From the NCBI RefSeq assembly GCF_964355755.1, contig NC_092676.1:93588-157587 (forward strand): a stretch of 64,000 nucleotides of DNA. Reading direction: 5' to 3'. This document shows, piece after piece, positions 52,933-64,000 of the stretch. The notes below the pieces were generated by a model. It was not told the origin of the DNA. It worked only from the letters and a program-made list of their open reading frames with translations, and did no database searches. Source of the stretch: Antedon mediterranea (Eukaryota; Animalia; Echinodermata). Position 1 is the first letter of the stretch. The number at the start of each line of letters is the position of its first letter. The position numbers were made by a program, and so were the translations under genes.

Positions 52933-55900
52933 ATGTCTGCAAAATCATTTCTTTTACATTATCATCCACCACAAGAACTTTTATCAAATCCAGGTAAGTC
53001 GCATTTGTTTTCTTTTTAAAGACCCTAGGCCTAGATATTAAAAAGAAACGCAGGCCCTAGTTTAGGCCTAGCCCTAGCTAGGTAGGAGGGTAGATCCGGA
53101 TAGCCGGCGAACTTAGGGTGTCAGATGAAATCGGTCGCGTCTGAAATCGGTCGCGTTTGAAATCGGTCGCGATAAAATCAACTTCCGGTATTTTGTATGG
53201 CGTGCCGCTAGAGCTATACGTTTAATGATATCGGTCGCGTTTGAAATCGGTCGCGCTATTTTGCATGGGACCCACTAGATACATTTTTAATGAAAATACT
53301 AATTCCGTAGCCAGGATCTGTCAAGGGGGGGTTCGGACACTAAATATTTGGGTCACCCCCCCCCCCCTCTCCCAGCCTGATGCGAAGCGAATTTTGTTAA
53401 ATGACACCCCTAGATGGCCGGAAAAGACACTCTCGTGCAGCATGCTATATAACCAATGAGCAAAAAGATCGTACTTTTTTCCTCCTCCTCAAACACGTTG
53501 ATAATTTAAATGACGATAACTATTTGTTGCCGTATGTTAGATGCGCGTGCTCTGTGCGGAACTGCCAATTGTTTGATCATTTACTTCGTATTTTGTTTTG
53601 CATTCAAGTTCAATGCGAACGTATATCTAGGAGCAGCCCCAAAAAAAGCACACTGGGTGAAGGCAAATGCTATTTGCTAGCTCTATCTATAATATTTATT
53701 TACAGCAATTTGTTGAGGAATATAAATATGTAAATAGGTGATATTGATACATTTTAGTACGTATCGGCGTGGTCTAGAAAAAAATAATCGGATGCCATAA
53801 TGTGAACTACAGTACTTGATACCATAGATAATATAGTGTAAAATATTAATATTCACTATAATCCTCTATGATACATTATACTTCATAGTCACACATAAAT
53901 ACTGATGTACGTCGGAAGGCTATATACTTTATGCATGCTGCCTGACTGCCAGTGATCTAAACAATTATAGGTACGCAGTTGTCTGGCGGTGTCCTTTGTA
54001 CGAATCGTTCGTGCGCCAGCTCGCTATGAGACGCGTCAATATCATGTTACATGCAGGGACCAAACATTTATTTTTCAGGTTAAAATCGGCAATTCATTTG
54101 CAACTTTTAGAAATTTACAGACACGTATCACTAGTTGACGCTCATACAGAGAAGAAGGTTCACGAACAAGTTTACGAATTTTTCAATTTACAAACAACTT
54201 TCTGTACTGTGGGGCACGTATTTGGAGGATTTTTGGAGATGAGGGTGAGGTATTGGGCATGTCGGGGATGGGGGTTCGCAGTTGGTTAAGGGGGTTCGCT
54301 ATAAAGGGGGTTTCGCCCAAACCATAAACCCCCCCCCCCCCCCTGGCTACGGGCCTGCTACAGTAAATATAAATATTTATCTCATTATTTATAAATAATT
54401 TGTGTTTTCATTTTATCTTATAGGTGTCAATGAATAATAGTAATGTGTTCGTTTAGAAAATCGTTCTTAAAAGTGTTATTGAATATTGTTTACGTTTTTT
54501 AAAAGATTAGCATGCCACTGTTTTAAAAATGTTGAAAATAATTTACAGTAATATTAAACAAGTAGACGCGCCTATTGCATATTTTTTAATCACAGTTAAT
54601 TACGAAACTAGTTCTATACCTGCAAGTGGATACCAGCTCAATGAGGTTTATGCAATAAAAAGGAAGATGATGTATGACGATGATTTTTACGTTCGATATC
54701 CACCACTCTTACGTGAGCATGGTTTTAGGATAATAATAATAAAATAATATGCTGTTATAAATCAATCTACCGGGCCTATACAGTAGGACTATGCAGTATG
54801 CTGTACAATGATAGGCCTAGATGTGAGAATAATAATGTATGGATAATAAAGGTGGGCACGATTCTCAAAGAGGTAATTTTGCACTGATATTTAAACATTT
54901 TGATTTACGAACGGCGTACAGATGTGAGACACTCAGTGGAACTTAATTATTTACATTAAGTGATTATTATAAATGAAGAAATAAAAGATATTCAAATTAA
55001 AAACTATAGGCCTAGTATCACACGGGCAGGCCTAGATGTTTCAAACGTATGGTTATTAGTAATATAGGCCTATACGTAATCTTTACATGGCCATGGACAA
55101 CAATCGTACGTGTTTTTCCCATGATTTGACACACTAGTGCATGTTTTTTTTTTAAAGGGAATCCCCGTCAGCAAAATAACGTACAGTTAACGTCTGCACG
55201 CTCATAGAAGGCGCATCCACTATATGGCCTATTTCGGGTTTTTTTTCAGTAACTCGCCTTTTAACGATCCGCATATAATAATCATTTTTACTAGAAACTA
55301 TTAGGCCTAAACATTAGAAATAAAAATATACACATGATTTGCCTCAACAATAATCATTATAGGCCTATACTTAATATTATCCTACATAACATACGGACAT
55401 AAATAAATAGAAATTAAAATAAGGTGATCCAATAGTAAGTTTTTAACGTCATGGATATGATATATCTGCCACAGTATGCATAAGTATAAAAATGGATACG
55501 CTGGCTTTACGGGCTATACATTGTAACAATTATTGTTTTAAGATAAATTGTTCTCTTTTACGTAATTGTTTGCATAATAAAAGACACAGACGTATATTCT
55601 CTATATAATATATTAATTACAGTACATAATAAAATAGAGGTAAATTATTATATATTATTATGCCTAATAAAATAATAATATTTAAACGTGTTTAGAAATG
55701 GCCATTTTGAAAAGACACAGTCCTTCTCCGAGACCTGTGAAATAAAAAAAATGATAATAAATATTTATTAACCAAAATAAAAAATATCCACATAAATAAT
55801 CTGGTTCCTAAAAAATATCAATTAAATCCAGACTATATAAACGAAGAAAATGTATATCCCGGTAGCATGCATCTCGTTCCATACAAAATAGCGCAACCGA

Positions 55901-58900
55901 TTTCAAACGTATAGCTCTATCGGCGCGCCATACAAAATACCGGAAGTTGATTTTATCGCGACCGATTTCATTGTAAACCGAACTTAGAAGGCCGCCGGGA
56001 AGGTGGATGGGTGCCCGGGAAGGTGGAAGGCCTCCTACCTTTCTAGGTGCAGTGCTATGCCAGGCATATAGAGAAAATAAATATGGTTAGGCCTAGCATT
56101 CGTAGTCATATTTGTTGATGGATTCAAACATGTACTACTGTACAAATGGAGAGAGGCACTATACCAATAGATAAAAGTTTTGGTCCTCTCTCCTTCATCT
56201 TTTTTTTTGTAATGTATTATACCATATGATATCGACAATTGTCTGAAATAAAAGTTGAATTGAATTGAATTGAAAAAAAAATATGCAGAATTCAATTGAT
56301 GTATTTATACACGTTGATAGTTTAATTACGCAACTTTCTTTGTAATTTGTTTTATAGTAAATCGGAAAACATTGGAGCAAAGTTTATGTGATATTTTTCA
56401 AGAGATTGGTTTTGAGGGTGGCCATCAAGAAAGCACCTTTGGAATAACTGCACATTTTATTAGTGATAAACAAGGGTAATTATTAATTTATAAAGTGTCT
56501 TTTAAATAATTGAATAAATCTAGTATATAAACATCACGGTAGCTTGTAAATCATTAAACTATACATATGTGCAGTTAATTGAGAATAGACAATGTAACAC
56601 TGTACATGAATGCATGAAAAGATATTTTTCAAGAGATTGGTTTTGAGGGTGGCCATCAAGAAAGCACCTTTGGAATAACTGCACATTTTATTAGTGATAA
56701 ACATGGGTAATTATTAATTTATAAAGTGTCTTTTAAATAATTGAATAAATCTAGTATATAAACATCATGGTAGCTTGTAAATCATTAAACTATACATATG
56801 TGCAGTTAATTGAGAATAGACAATGTAACACTGTACATGAATGCATGAAAAATGAAGATATAGTTAATAAATAATGTTGAATCACATGTTCTCAAAATTC
56901 TGCACTGCATGTAGAAAACCTTAATGTGTGTAGTTGACCATGTTGAGTAAAGGTTGTGAACCATAATACTGTACAGACTGAGAATTTTCACCAGTGTGAT
57001 CATGTAGAAATGTCACAGACTTTACTTATTTATAACTTTTTTGTTTAAATTGTTTACATTCTGAACTAACTAACAATATAGAATTGTATATTATTAATCA
57101 CAGACACATATCAACTCACCAGTCATTAATGCTCATGTTGAAATGTCACAGACGTACACAGTCACTTTTTAGTGATTCTTAACATTTTAGATTTTTAACT
57201 TACTACAATATAGAATCGTATTAAATGTTTTTTAGAATTTCTCTTCCATTCATTATTCAGATCAGCAACTGTTACATGTTTCCAGAATGGTATTGTGGTT
57301 GTCAATTTATGTCTTTGGATTGAAGCATATGGCGATGAACATCCAGTCAATAGAAAACATTTAGATGAAAAATTGAAGAAGTTGTTTACTTGCAAAAACT
57401 CCAAAATGTAAGTTTATTTTACATTGCTGTTTAAACCAGAGTAATATTGTTTTATGAGGATTTTCATACTTAATCCATAATTATTATTTTTCCTACTTAC
57501 TGTAGCTTTCCAGCAATCTCTCATCAAGCAGATATGGATCGATATTTAGCAACTGCTGATAACTTATTTGTAGAGTATGATTTTGATAGTGTTACTTTTG
57601 AAGCAGATTCTGAGTATCAGAATATCCGGATAATGCACTCACCCCAATTTGGCAATGTACTTGTCCTTGATAGTGATGTCAGTAAGTAGCATAGAATATC
57701 CGGATAATGCACTAACCTCAATTTGGCAATGTACTTGTCCTTGATAGTGATGTCAGTAAGTAGCATAGAATATCCGGATAATGCACTCACCTCAATTTGG
57801 CAATGTACTTGTCCTTGATAGTGATGTCAGTAAGTAACATAGAATATCCGAATAATGCACTTACCTCAATGTGGCAATGTACTTGTCCTTGATAGTGATG
57901 TCAGTAAGTAACATAGAATATCCGGATAATGCACTCGCCTCAATGTGGCAATGTACTTGTCCTTAGGCCTTTTCACACAGAACTTCGGCAATATTGCGGT
58001 AAGCAAGCCGGCGTTATTGCCGGTCTAAACCCATTTACACAGAAGGTAATATTACGGTAATTTTACCGTTTTCTGTGTGAAAGGCCACAGTGAAAAGGCG
58101 CAATATTTAAAGATTACTGTCTTCATAAAATAGAGGTCGCACTTTTTGAGAAAAAAAATGGCGGGCACCTCGCGTGCCGCCGGCGACAAAAACATGCCAT
58201 GCGCGCGCATGTTTGCTGATGTTGTTTTGTGTGTCCGTCGTTTAGTTTTATTGGTTTTTATTTACGATGCATAAAACCTATATTTTTGCCCAACACCACT
58301 CCGTGCTAATAACTGCCCGATCGTGATGAAAAAAAAAACAAAATCTATTAGGTCTACAAATAGACGCGAATTTAATTATCAGAAGCTGTTATGACCTAGC
58401 ACCGGGAGCGCGCACCGGAGAGGATGTTCCTGCTAGAACTATGCTAACTAGGGCCTAGGCTTACGTACGTTACAGCAAGTTAAATAATCTTTGGACCAAC
58501 ATCTGTTATATTTTTATTATTATTGGCCGTATTCTTCCATTGTATTATTTACAAACTAACCTAAAAATATATATTATGGATATAATCTAATAATTTGGCC
58601 TAAAGTAATTGCCACAGTCTTTCTCAATCAAGGAAAATGTCTCGAATTTATCCTTGCTTCACTGCGTAAGCAGGCGTTATATCGTGGACTCTTTCACACA
58701 GATCAGGCTTATGACCGTGACGGTAATATTACCGCAATTTTACTAGGTCCAGAGGCGGTCTAACGGAAGCCGGCATTAAGGGGTTTTTACCCTTTCACAC
58801 ATAAGCCGGCGTTCGCGAATTACCGCAATATTACCGTCTTACAGCTCTGTGTGAAAGGGGCTCTTTATAGTGATGTCAGTAAGTAACATAGAATATCCGG

Positions 58901-60677
58901 ATAATGCACTCACCTCAATGTGGCAATGTACTTGTCCTTGATAGTGATGTCAGTAAGTAGCATAGAATATCCGGATAATGCACTCACCTCAATGTGGCAA
59001 TGTACTTGTCCTTGATAGTGATGTCAGTAAGTAGCATAGAATATCCGGATAATGCACTCACCTCAATGTGGCAATGTACTTGTCCTTGATAGTGATGTCA
59101 GTAAGTAACATAGAATATCTGGATAATGCACTCACCTCAATGTGGCAATGTACTTGTCCTTGATAGCGATGTCAGTAAGTAGCATAGAATATCCTGATAA
59201 TGCACTCACCTCAATGTGGCAATGTACTTGTCCTTGATAGTGATGTCAGTAAGTAACATAGAATATCCGGATAATGCACTCACCTCAATGTGGCAATGTT
59301 TGTACTTGTCCTTGATAGTGATGTCAGTAAATAACGTAACAATTCAAGAAATGTTACCATACATAATTATTATAATTACTGAAAAAACAATGCTGTGGAT
59401 ATCAAAATAAGCAAAAAGCTAAATCAAAACAGAGCAGAGCTTTGGGGCAACACTAGCCCTTCATCAGTGCAATACTTAATTATTCCTATATTAGTGTGCT
59501 GGTCATCATGATTAAGTTGTGCATCATGATTTTTTTTGTTTGTTTTGTATATGTTCAATAATATAATTCATTTTATATAGTTTTGTATATTATTTGTATT
59601 TAAAATATTTAGATCTTGCTGAAAGTGATCTTGTATATACAAAAGCAATAACTGGAAATGGAAGAGAAGATTTCAGAAACAAAGAAGTGTTGATACTTGG
59701 TGGTGGAGATGGAGGAATTCTACATGAACTCTTACAAGCAGATCCAAAGTTTGTCACCATGGTGGAAATATCCTTTAATTTAAATCTATTGGTATGAGTG
59801 AGACAATTTCAGAAATTATGGAATACAACTTACAAGATTAACAATTATCAGTCAAGTACACTTTGTGTAATTGCATCCTAGATTTCCTTGAATAATGGGT
59901 ATGTTGAATATTTGTACTTAACAAATGTGAATACATAGATCAGATTGTAATAGACCAAGCTATCAAACATCTCCGTGGCATTTGTCATGACTCCATGGAT
60001 AATCTCAAAGGTCCTAGACATGAAGTAAGATTTCTTTTGTTTAATAATGTGATCATATTTGTTAAAGCTCAAGTACATTATAGATTTATGTAGTTTTAAG
60101 AAAATGAGTAGAAGGGTTATTTTTTAAATATGGTTTATTTAGGTGATGGTTGCTGATTGCGTTCCTATTATGAGGAACTTTATAGAGGAAGGAAAACAAT
60201 TTGACTATGTGATAAATGATTTAACAGCCATTCCAATAACAACAGATGCAAGAGGTACAGTATCCTCAATTATTATAATTCAGGTATTTTACCTATAAAT
60301 AATCATTGATACTTAATCTTTACAACAAAAAAAAAGGAAATTGCTTTTTAATAAAACAATGTAATTTTAACAGGTGATGCATGGGATTTTATGAGACTTA
60401 TTTTAGATCTTTCAATGAAAGTCTTAAAACAAGATGGAAAGTACTTCACTCAGGTGAGTGACATTAAATTGTATGTAATCTATAATATGTGTATTACAGT
60501 AACAGGAGATCAAGATATTTGGTTTTGGGAGCATTGTTGACTAATTTTTTTTTTATTTCAGGGTAATGGAGCAAACAGTACTAAAGCACTTGAAATGTAT
60601 GAGAAACAATTGAACAATCTTGAATGCAGTGTCAATTTTAAAAAAGAGAAAATATGTGTGCCATCATACCATGAATA
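52933..60677 (+). CDS. SMS: Spermine synthase, 3'-incomplete in window (exons 52933-52993, 56358-56475, 57261-57407, 57506-57681, 59613-59767, 59935-60024, 60143-60254, 60374-60453, 60562-60677)
   Basis: [124 protein letters not shown] matches metazoan spermine synthase. Confidence 0.95.
53117..55979. mobile_element. Non-autonomous TIR element with 8-bp TSD (Merlin/MULE-like) in SMS intron 1
   Basis: GAACTTAG|GGTGTCAGATGAAATCGGTCGCG ... CGCGACCGATTTCATTGTAAACC|GAACTTAG. Imperfect TIRs of ~120-150 bp with repeated GAAATCGGTCGCG. Confidence 0.8.
53305..54357. mobile_element. Nested hAT-like MITE with an eroded left end
   Basis: CCGTAGCCAGG...G-run at left; C-run followed by CCTGGCTACGGGCCTG at right. 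Confidence 0.55.
56390..56850 (+). repeat. 231-bp tandem duplication of the SMS exon-2 3' part and intron start
   Basis: gatatttttcaagagattgg...tgcatgaaaa at 56390 and 56621, nearly identical. Confidence 0.92.
57619..59330 (+). repeat. 74-bp tandem array (~11 copies) of the SMS exon-4 end plus donor site, interrupted by a MITE
   Basis: agaatatccggataatgcactcacctcaat(t/g)tggcaatgtacttgtccttgatagtgatgtca|gtaagta(g/a)cat; the first copy is exonic. Confidence 0.93.
57965..58862. mobile_element. Harbinger-like non-autonomous element inserted in the 74-bp array
   Basis: TIRs (A)GGCCTTTTCACACAG...CTGTGTGAAAGGGGCT with TTA-type flanks; it splits one repeat unit at gtcct^tagtg. Confidence 0.8.
59768..59934 (+). 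other. U12-type AT-AC intron in SMS
   Basis: Donor GAA|ATATCCTTT, branch-like TACTTAAC at ~59915 and AC|ATAGAT acceptor restore the conserved TMVE-IDQ. Confidence 0.92.
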
Positions 60678-60691
60678 GTATCCTTTGAGTA

Positions 60692-63600
60692 ATATAAATA
60701 AATTGACTCAACTTCAGTAGGCCTACAAGTCATAATAAATAAATTGACTCAACTTCAGTTGCCCAGTAGGCCTACAAGTCATAATAAATAAACTGACTCA
60801 ACTTCAGTAGGCCTACAAGTCATAATAAATAAACTGACTCAACTTCAGTAGGCCTACAAGTCATAATAAATAAATTGACTCAACTTCAGTTGCCCAGTAG
60901 GCCTACAAGTCATAATAAATAAATTGACTCAACTTCAGTTGCCCAGTAGGCCTACAAGTCATAATAAATAAATTGACTCAACTTCAGTTGCCCAGTAGGC
61001 CTACAAGTCATAATAAATAAATTGACTCAACTTCAGTTGCCCAGTAGGCCTACAAGTCATAATAAATAAATTGACTCAACTTCAGTTGCCCAGTAGGCCT
61101 ACAAGTCATAATAAATAAACTGACTCAACTTTAGTTGCCCAGTAGGCCTACAAGTCATAATAAATGATATAAATAAACTGACTCAACTTCAGTAGGCCTA
61201 CAAGTCATAATAAATAAATTGACTCAACTTCAGTTGCCCAGTAGGCCTACAAGTCATAATAAATAAATTGACTCAACTTCAGTTGCCCAGTAGGCCTACA
61301 AGTCATAATAAATAAACTGACTCAACTTCAGTAGGCCTACAAGTCATAATAAATAAATTGACTCAACTTCAGTTGCCCAGTAGGCCTACAAGTCATAATA
61401 AATAAACTGACTCAACTTCAGTAGGCCTACAAGTCATAATAAATAAACTGACTCAACTTCAGTAGGCCTACAAGTCATAATAAATAAATTGACTCAACTT
61501 CAGTTGCCCAGTAGGCCTACAAGTCATAATAAATAAATTGACTCAACTTCAGTTGCCCAGTAGGCCTACAAGTCATAATAAATAAATTGACTCAACTTCA
61601 GTTGCCCAGTAGGCCTACAAGTCATAATAAATAAATTGACTCAACTTCAGTTGCCCAGTAGGCCTACAAGTCATAATAAATAAACTGACTCAACTTTAGT
61701 TGCCCAGTAGGCCTACAAGTCATAATAAATGATATAAATAAACTGACTCAACTTCAGTAGGCCTACAAGTCATAATAAATAAATTGACTCAACTTCAGTT
61801 GCCCAGTAGGCCTACAAGTCATAATAAATAAATTGACTCAACTTCAGTTGCCCAGTAGGCCTACAAGTCATAATAAATAAATTGACTCAACTTCAGTTGC
61901 CCAGTAGGCCTACAAGTCATAATAAATAAATTGACTCAACTTCAGTTGCCCAGTAGGCCTACAAGTCATAATAAATAAATTGACTCAACTTCAGTTGCCC
62001 AGTAGGCCTACAAGTCATAATAAATAAATTGACTCAACTTCAGTTGCCCAGTAGGCCTACAAGTCATAATAAATAAACTGACTCAACTTTAGTTGCCCAG
62101 TAGGCCTACAAGTCATAATAAATGATATAAATAAACTGACTCAACTTCAGTAGGCCTACAAGTCATAATAAATAAATTGACTCAACTTCAGTAGGCCTAC
62201 AAGTCATAATAAATAAATTGACTCAACTTCAGTTGCCCAGTAGGCCTACAAGTCATAATAAATAAATTGACTCAACTTTAGTTGCCCAGTAGGCCTACAA
62301 GTCATAATAAATAAACTGACTCAACTTCAGTAGGCCTACAAGTCATAATAAATAAATTGACTCAACTTCAGTTGCCCAGTAGGCCTACAAGTCATAATAA
62401 ATAAACTGACTCAACTTCAGTAGGCCTACAAGTCATAATAAATAAATAAACTGACTCAACTTCAGTAGGCCTACAAGTCATAATAAATAAATTGACTCAA
62501 CTTCAGTTGCCCAGTAGGCCTACAAGTCATAATAAATAAATTGACTCAACTTCAGTTGCCCAGTAGGCCTACAAGTCATAATAAATAAACTGACTCAACT
62601 TTAGTTGCCCAGTAGGCCTACAAGTCATAATAAATGATATAAATAAACTGACTCAACTTCAGTAGGCCTACAAGTCATAATAAATAAATTGACTCAACTT
62701 CAGTTGCCCAGTAGGCCTACAAGTCATAATAAATAAATTGACTCAACTTCAGTTGCCCAGTAGGCCTACAAGTCATAATAAATAAACTGACTCAACTTCA
62801 GTAGGCCTACAAGTCATAATAAATAAATTGACTCAACTTCAGTTGCCCAGTAGGCCTACAAGTCATAATAAATAAACTGACTCAACTTCAGTAGGCCTAC
62901 AAGTCATAATAAATAAACTGACTCAACTTCAGTAGGCCTACAAGTCATAATAAATAAATTGACTCAACTTCAGTTGCCCAGTAGGCCTACAAGTCATAAT
63001 AAATAAATTGACTCAACTTCAGTTGCCCAGTAGGCCTACAAGTCATAATAAATAAATTGACTCAACTTCAGTTGCCCAGTAGGCCTACAAGTCATAATAA
63101 ATAAATTGACTCAACTTCAGTTGCCCAGTAGGCCTACAAGTCATAATAAATAAACTGACTCAACTTTAGTTGCCCAGTAGGCCTACAAGTCATAATAAAT
63201 GATATAAATAAACTGACTCAACTTCAGTAGGCCTACAAGTCATAATAAATAAATTGACTCAACTTCAGTTGCCCAGTAGGCCTACAAGTCATAATAAATA
63301 AATTGACTCAACTTCAGTTGCCCAGTAGGCCTACAAGTCATAATAAATAAATTGACTCAACTTCAGTTGCCCAGTAGGCCTACAAGTCATAATAAATAAA
63401 TTGACTCAACTTCAGTTGCCCAGTAGGCCTACAAGTCATAATAAATAAATTGACTCAACTTCAGTTGCCCAGTAGGCCTACAAGTCATAATAAATAAATT
63501 GACTCAACTTCAGTTGCCCAGTAGGCCTACAAGTCATAATAAATAAATTGACTCAACTTCAGTTGCCCAGTAGGCCTACAAGTCATAATAAATAAACTGA

Positions 63601-64000
63601 CTCAACTTTAGTTGCCCAGTAGGCCTACAAGTCATAATAAATGATATAAATAAACTGACTCAACTTCAGTAGGCCTACAAGTCATAATAAATAAATTGAC
63701 TCAACTTCAGTAGGCCTACAAGTCATAATAAATAAATTGACTCAACTTCAGTTGCCCAGTAGGCCTACAAGTCATAATAAATAAATTGACTCAACTTTAG
63801 TTGCCCAGTAGGCCTACAAGTCATAATAAATAAACTGACTCAACTTCAGTAGGCCTACAAGTCATAATAAATAAATTGACTCAACTTCAGTTGCCCAGTA
63901 GGCCTACAAGTCATAATAAATAAACTGACTCAACTTCAGTAGGCCTACAAGTCATAATAAATAAACTGACTCAACTTCAGTAGGCCTACAAGTCATAATA
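60692..64000. repeat. 41/49-bp satellite with ~1470-bp higher-order structure, inside a U12-type GT intron of SMS
   Basis: cataataaataaa(t/c)tgactcaacttcag[ttgcccag]taggcctacaagt. Begins just after the U12 donor TA|GTATCCTTT at 60678 and runs to the window end. Confidence 0.97.

Noticed and set aside
60260-60268. GTATCCTC resembling a third U12 donor in SMS
   Set aside because: Out of phase with the acceptor at 60373; the U2 donor AG|GTACAG at 60255 keeps the frame.
57619-64000. CRISPR-like regular repeats here and at 8200-11900 and 34787-36110
   Set aside because: Units are contiguous with no unique spacers, there are no cas genes and the context is eukaryotic.

Overview
AT-rich, intron-rich animal genomic DNA (probably a marine invertebrate such as an echinoderm; inference only), not prokaryotic. 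Eight spliced or single-exon protein genes can be read from the sequence: MRPS21 (+), MFSD5 (-), RPL15 (+), two paralogous receptor tyrosine kinases (one +, one -, convergent), a MAM/LDLa-repeat single-pass membrane protein (+), an SLC46-like transporter (+) and spermine synthase SMS (+, 3' end outside the window, with two U12-type introns). Between and inside the genes are many non-autonomous DNA transposons (a 3.9-kb foldback, Helentron-like, hAT-like, Kolobok-like, IS3EU-like and Harbinger-like elements) and several minisatellites/satellites. Most notable: (i) an RTK with almost no ectodomain lies head-to-head with a kinase-less MAM/LDLa receptor, suggesting a possible split-receptor pair; (ii) tandem repeats repeatedly amplify splice junctions, a stop codon and poly(A) signals; (iii) a giant hairpin element sits in the putative MFSD5/RPL15 bidirectional promoter; (iv) a candidate box C/D snoRNA lies in RPL15 intron 1. 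All exon coordinates were read by hand and may be off by a few bases. Transposon superfamily names rest on termini and TSDs only.
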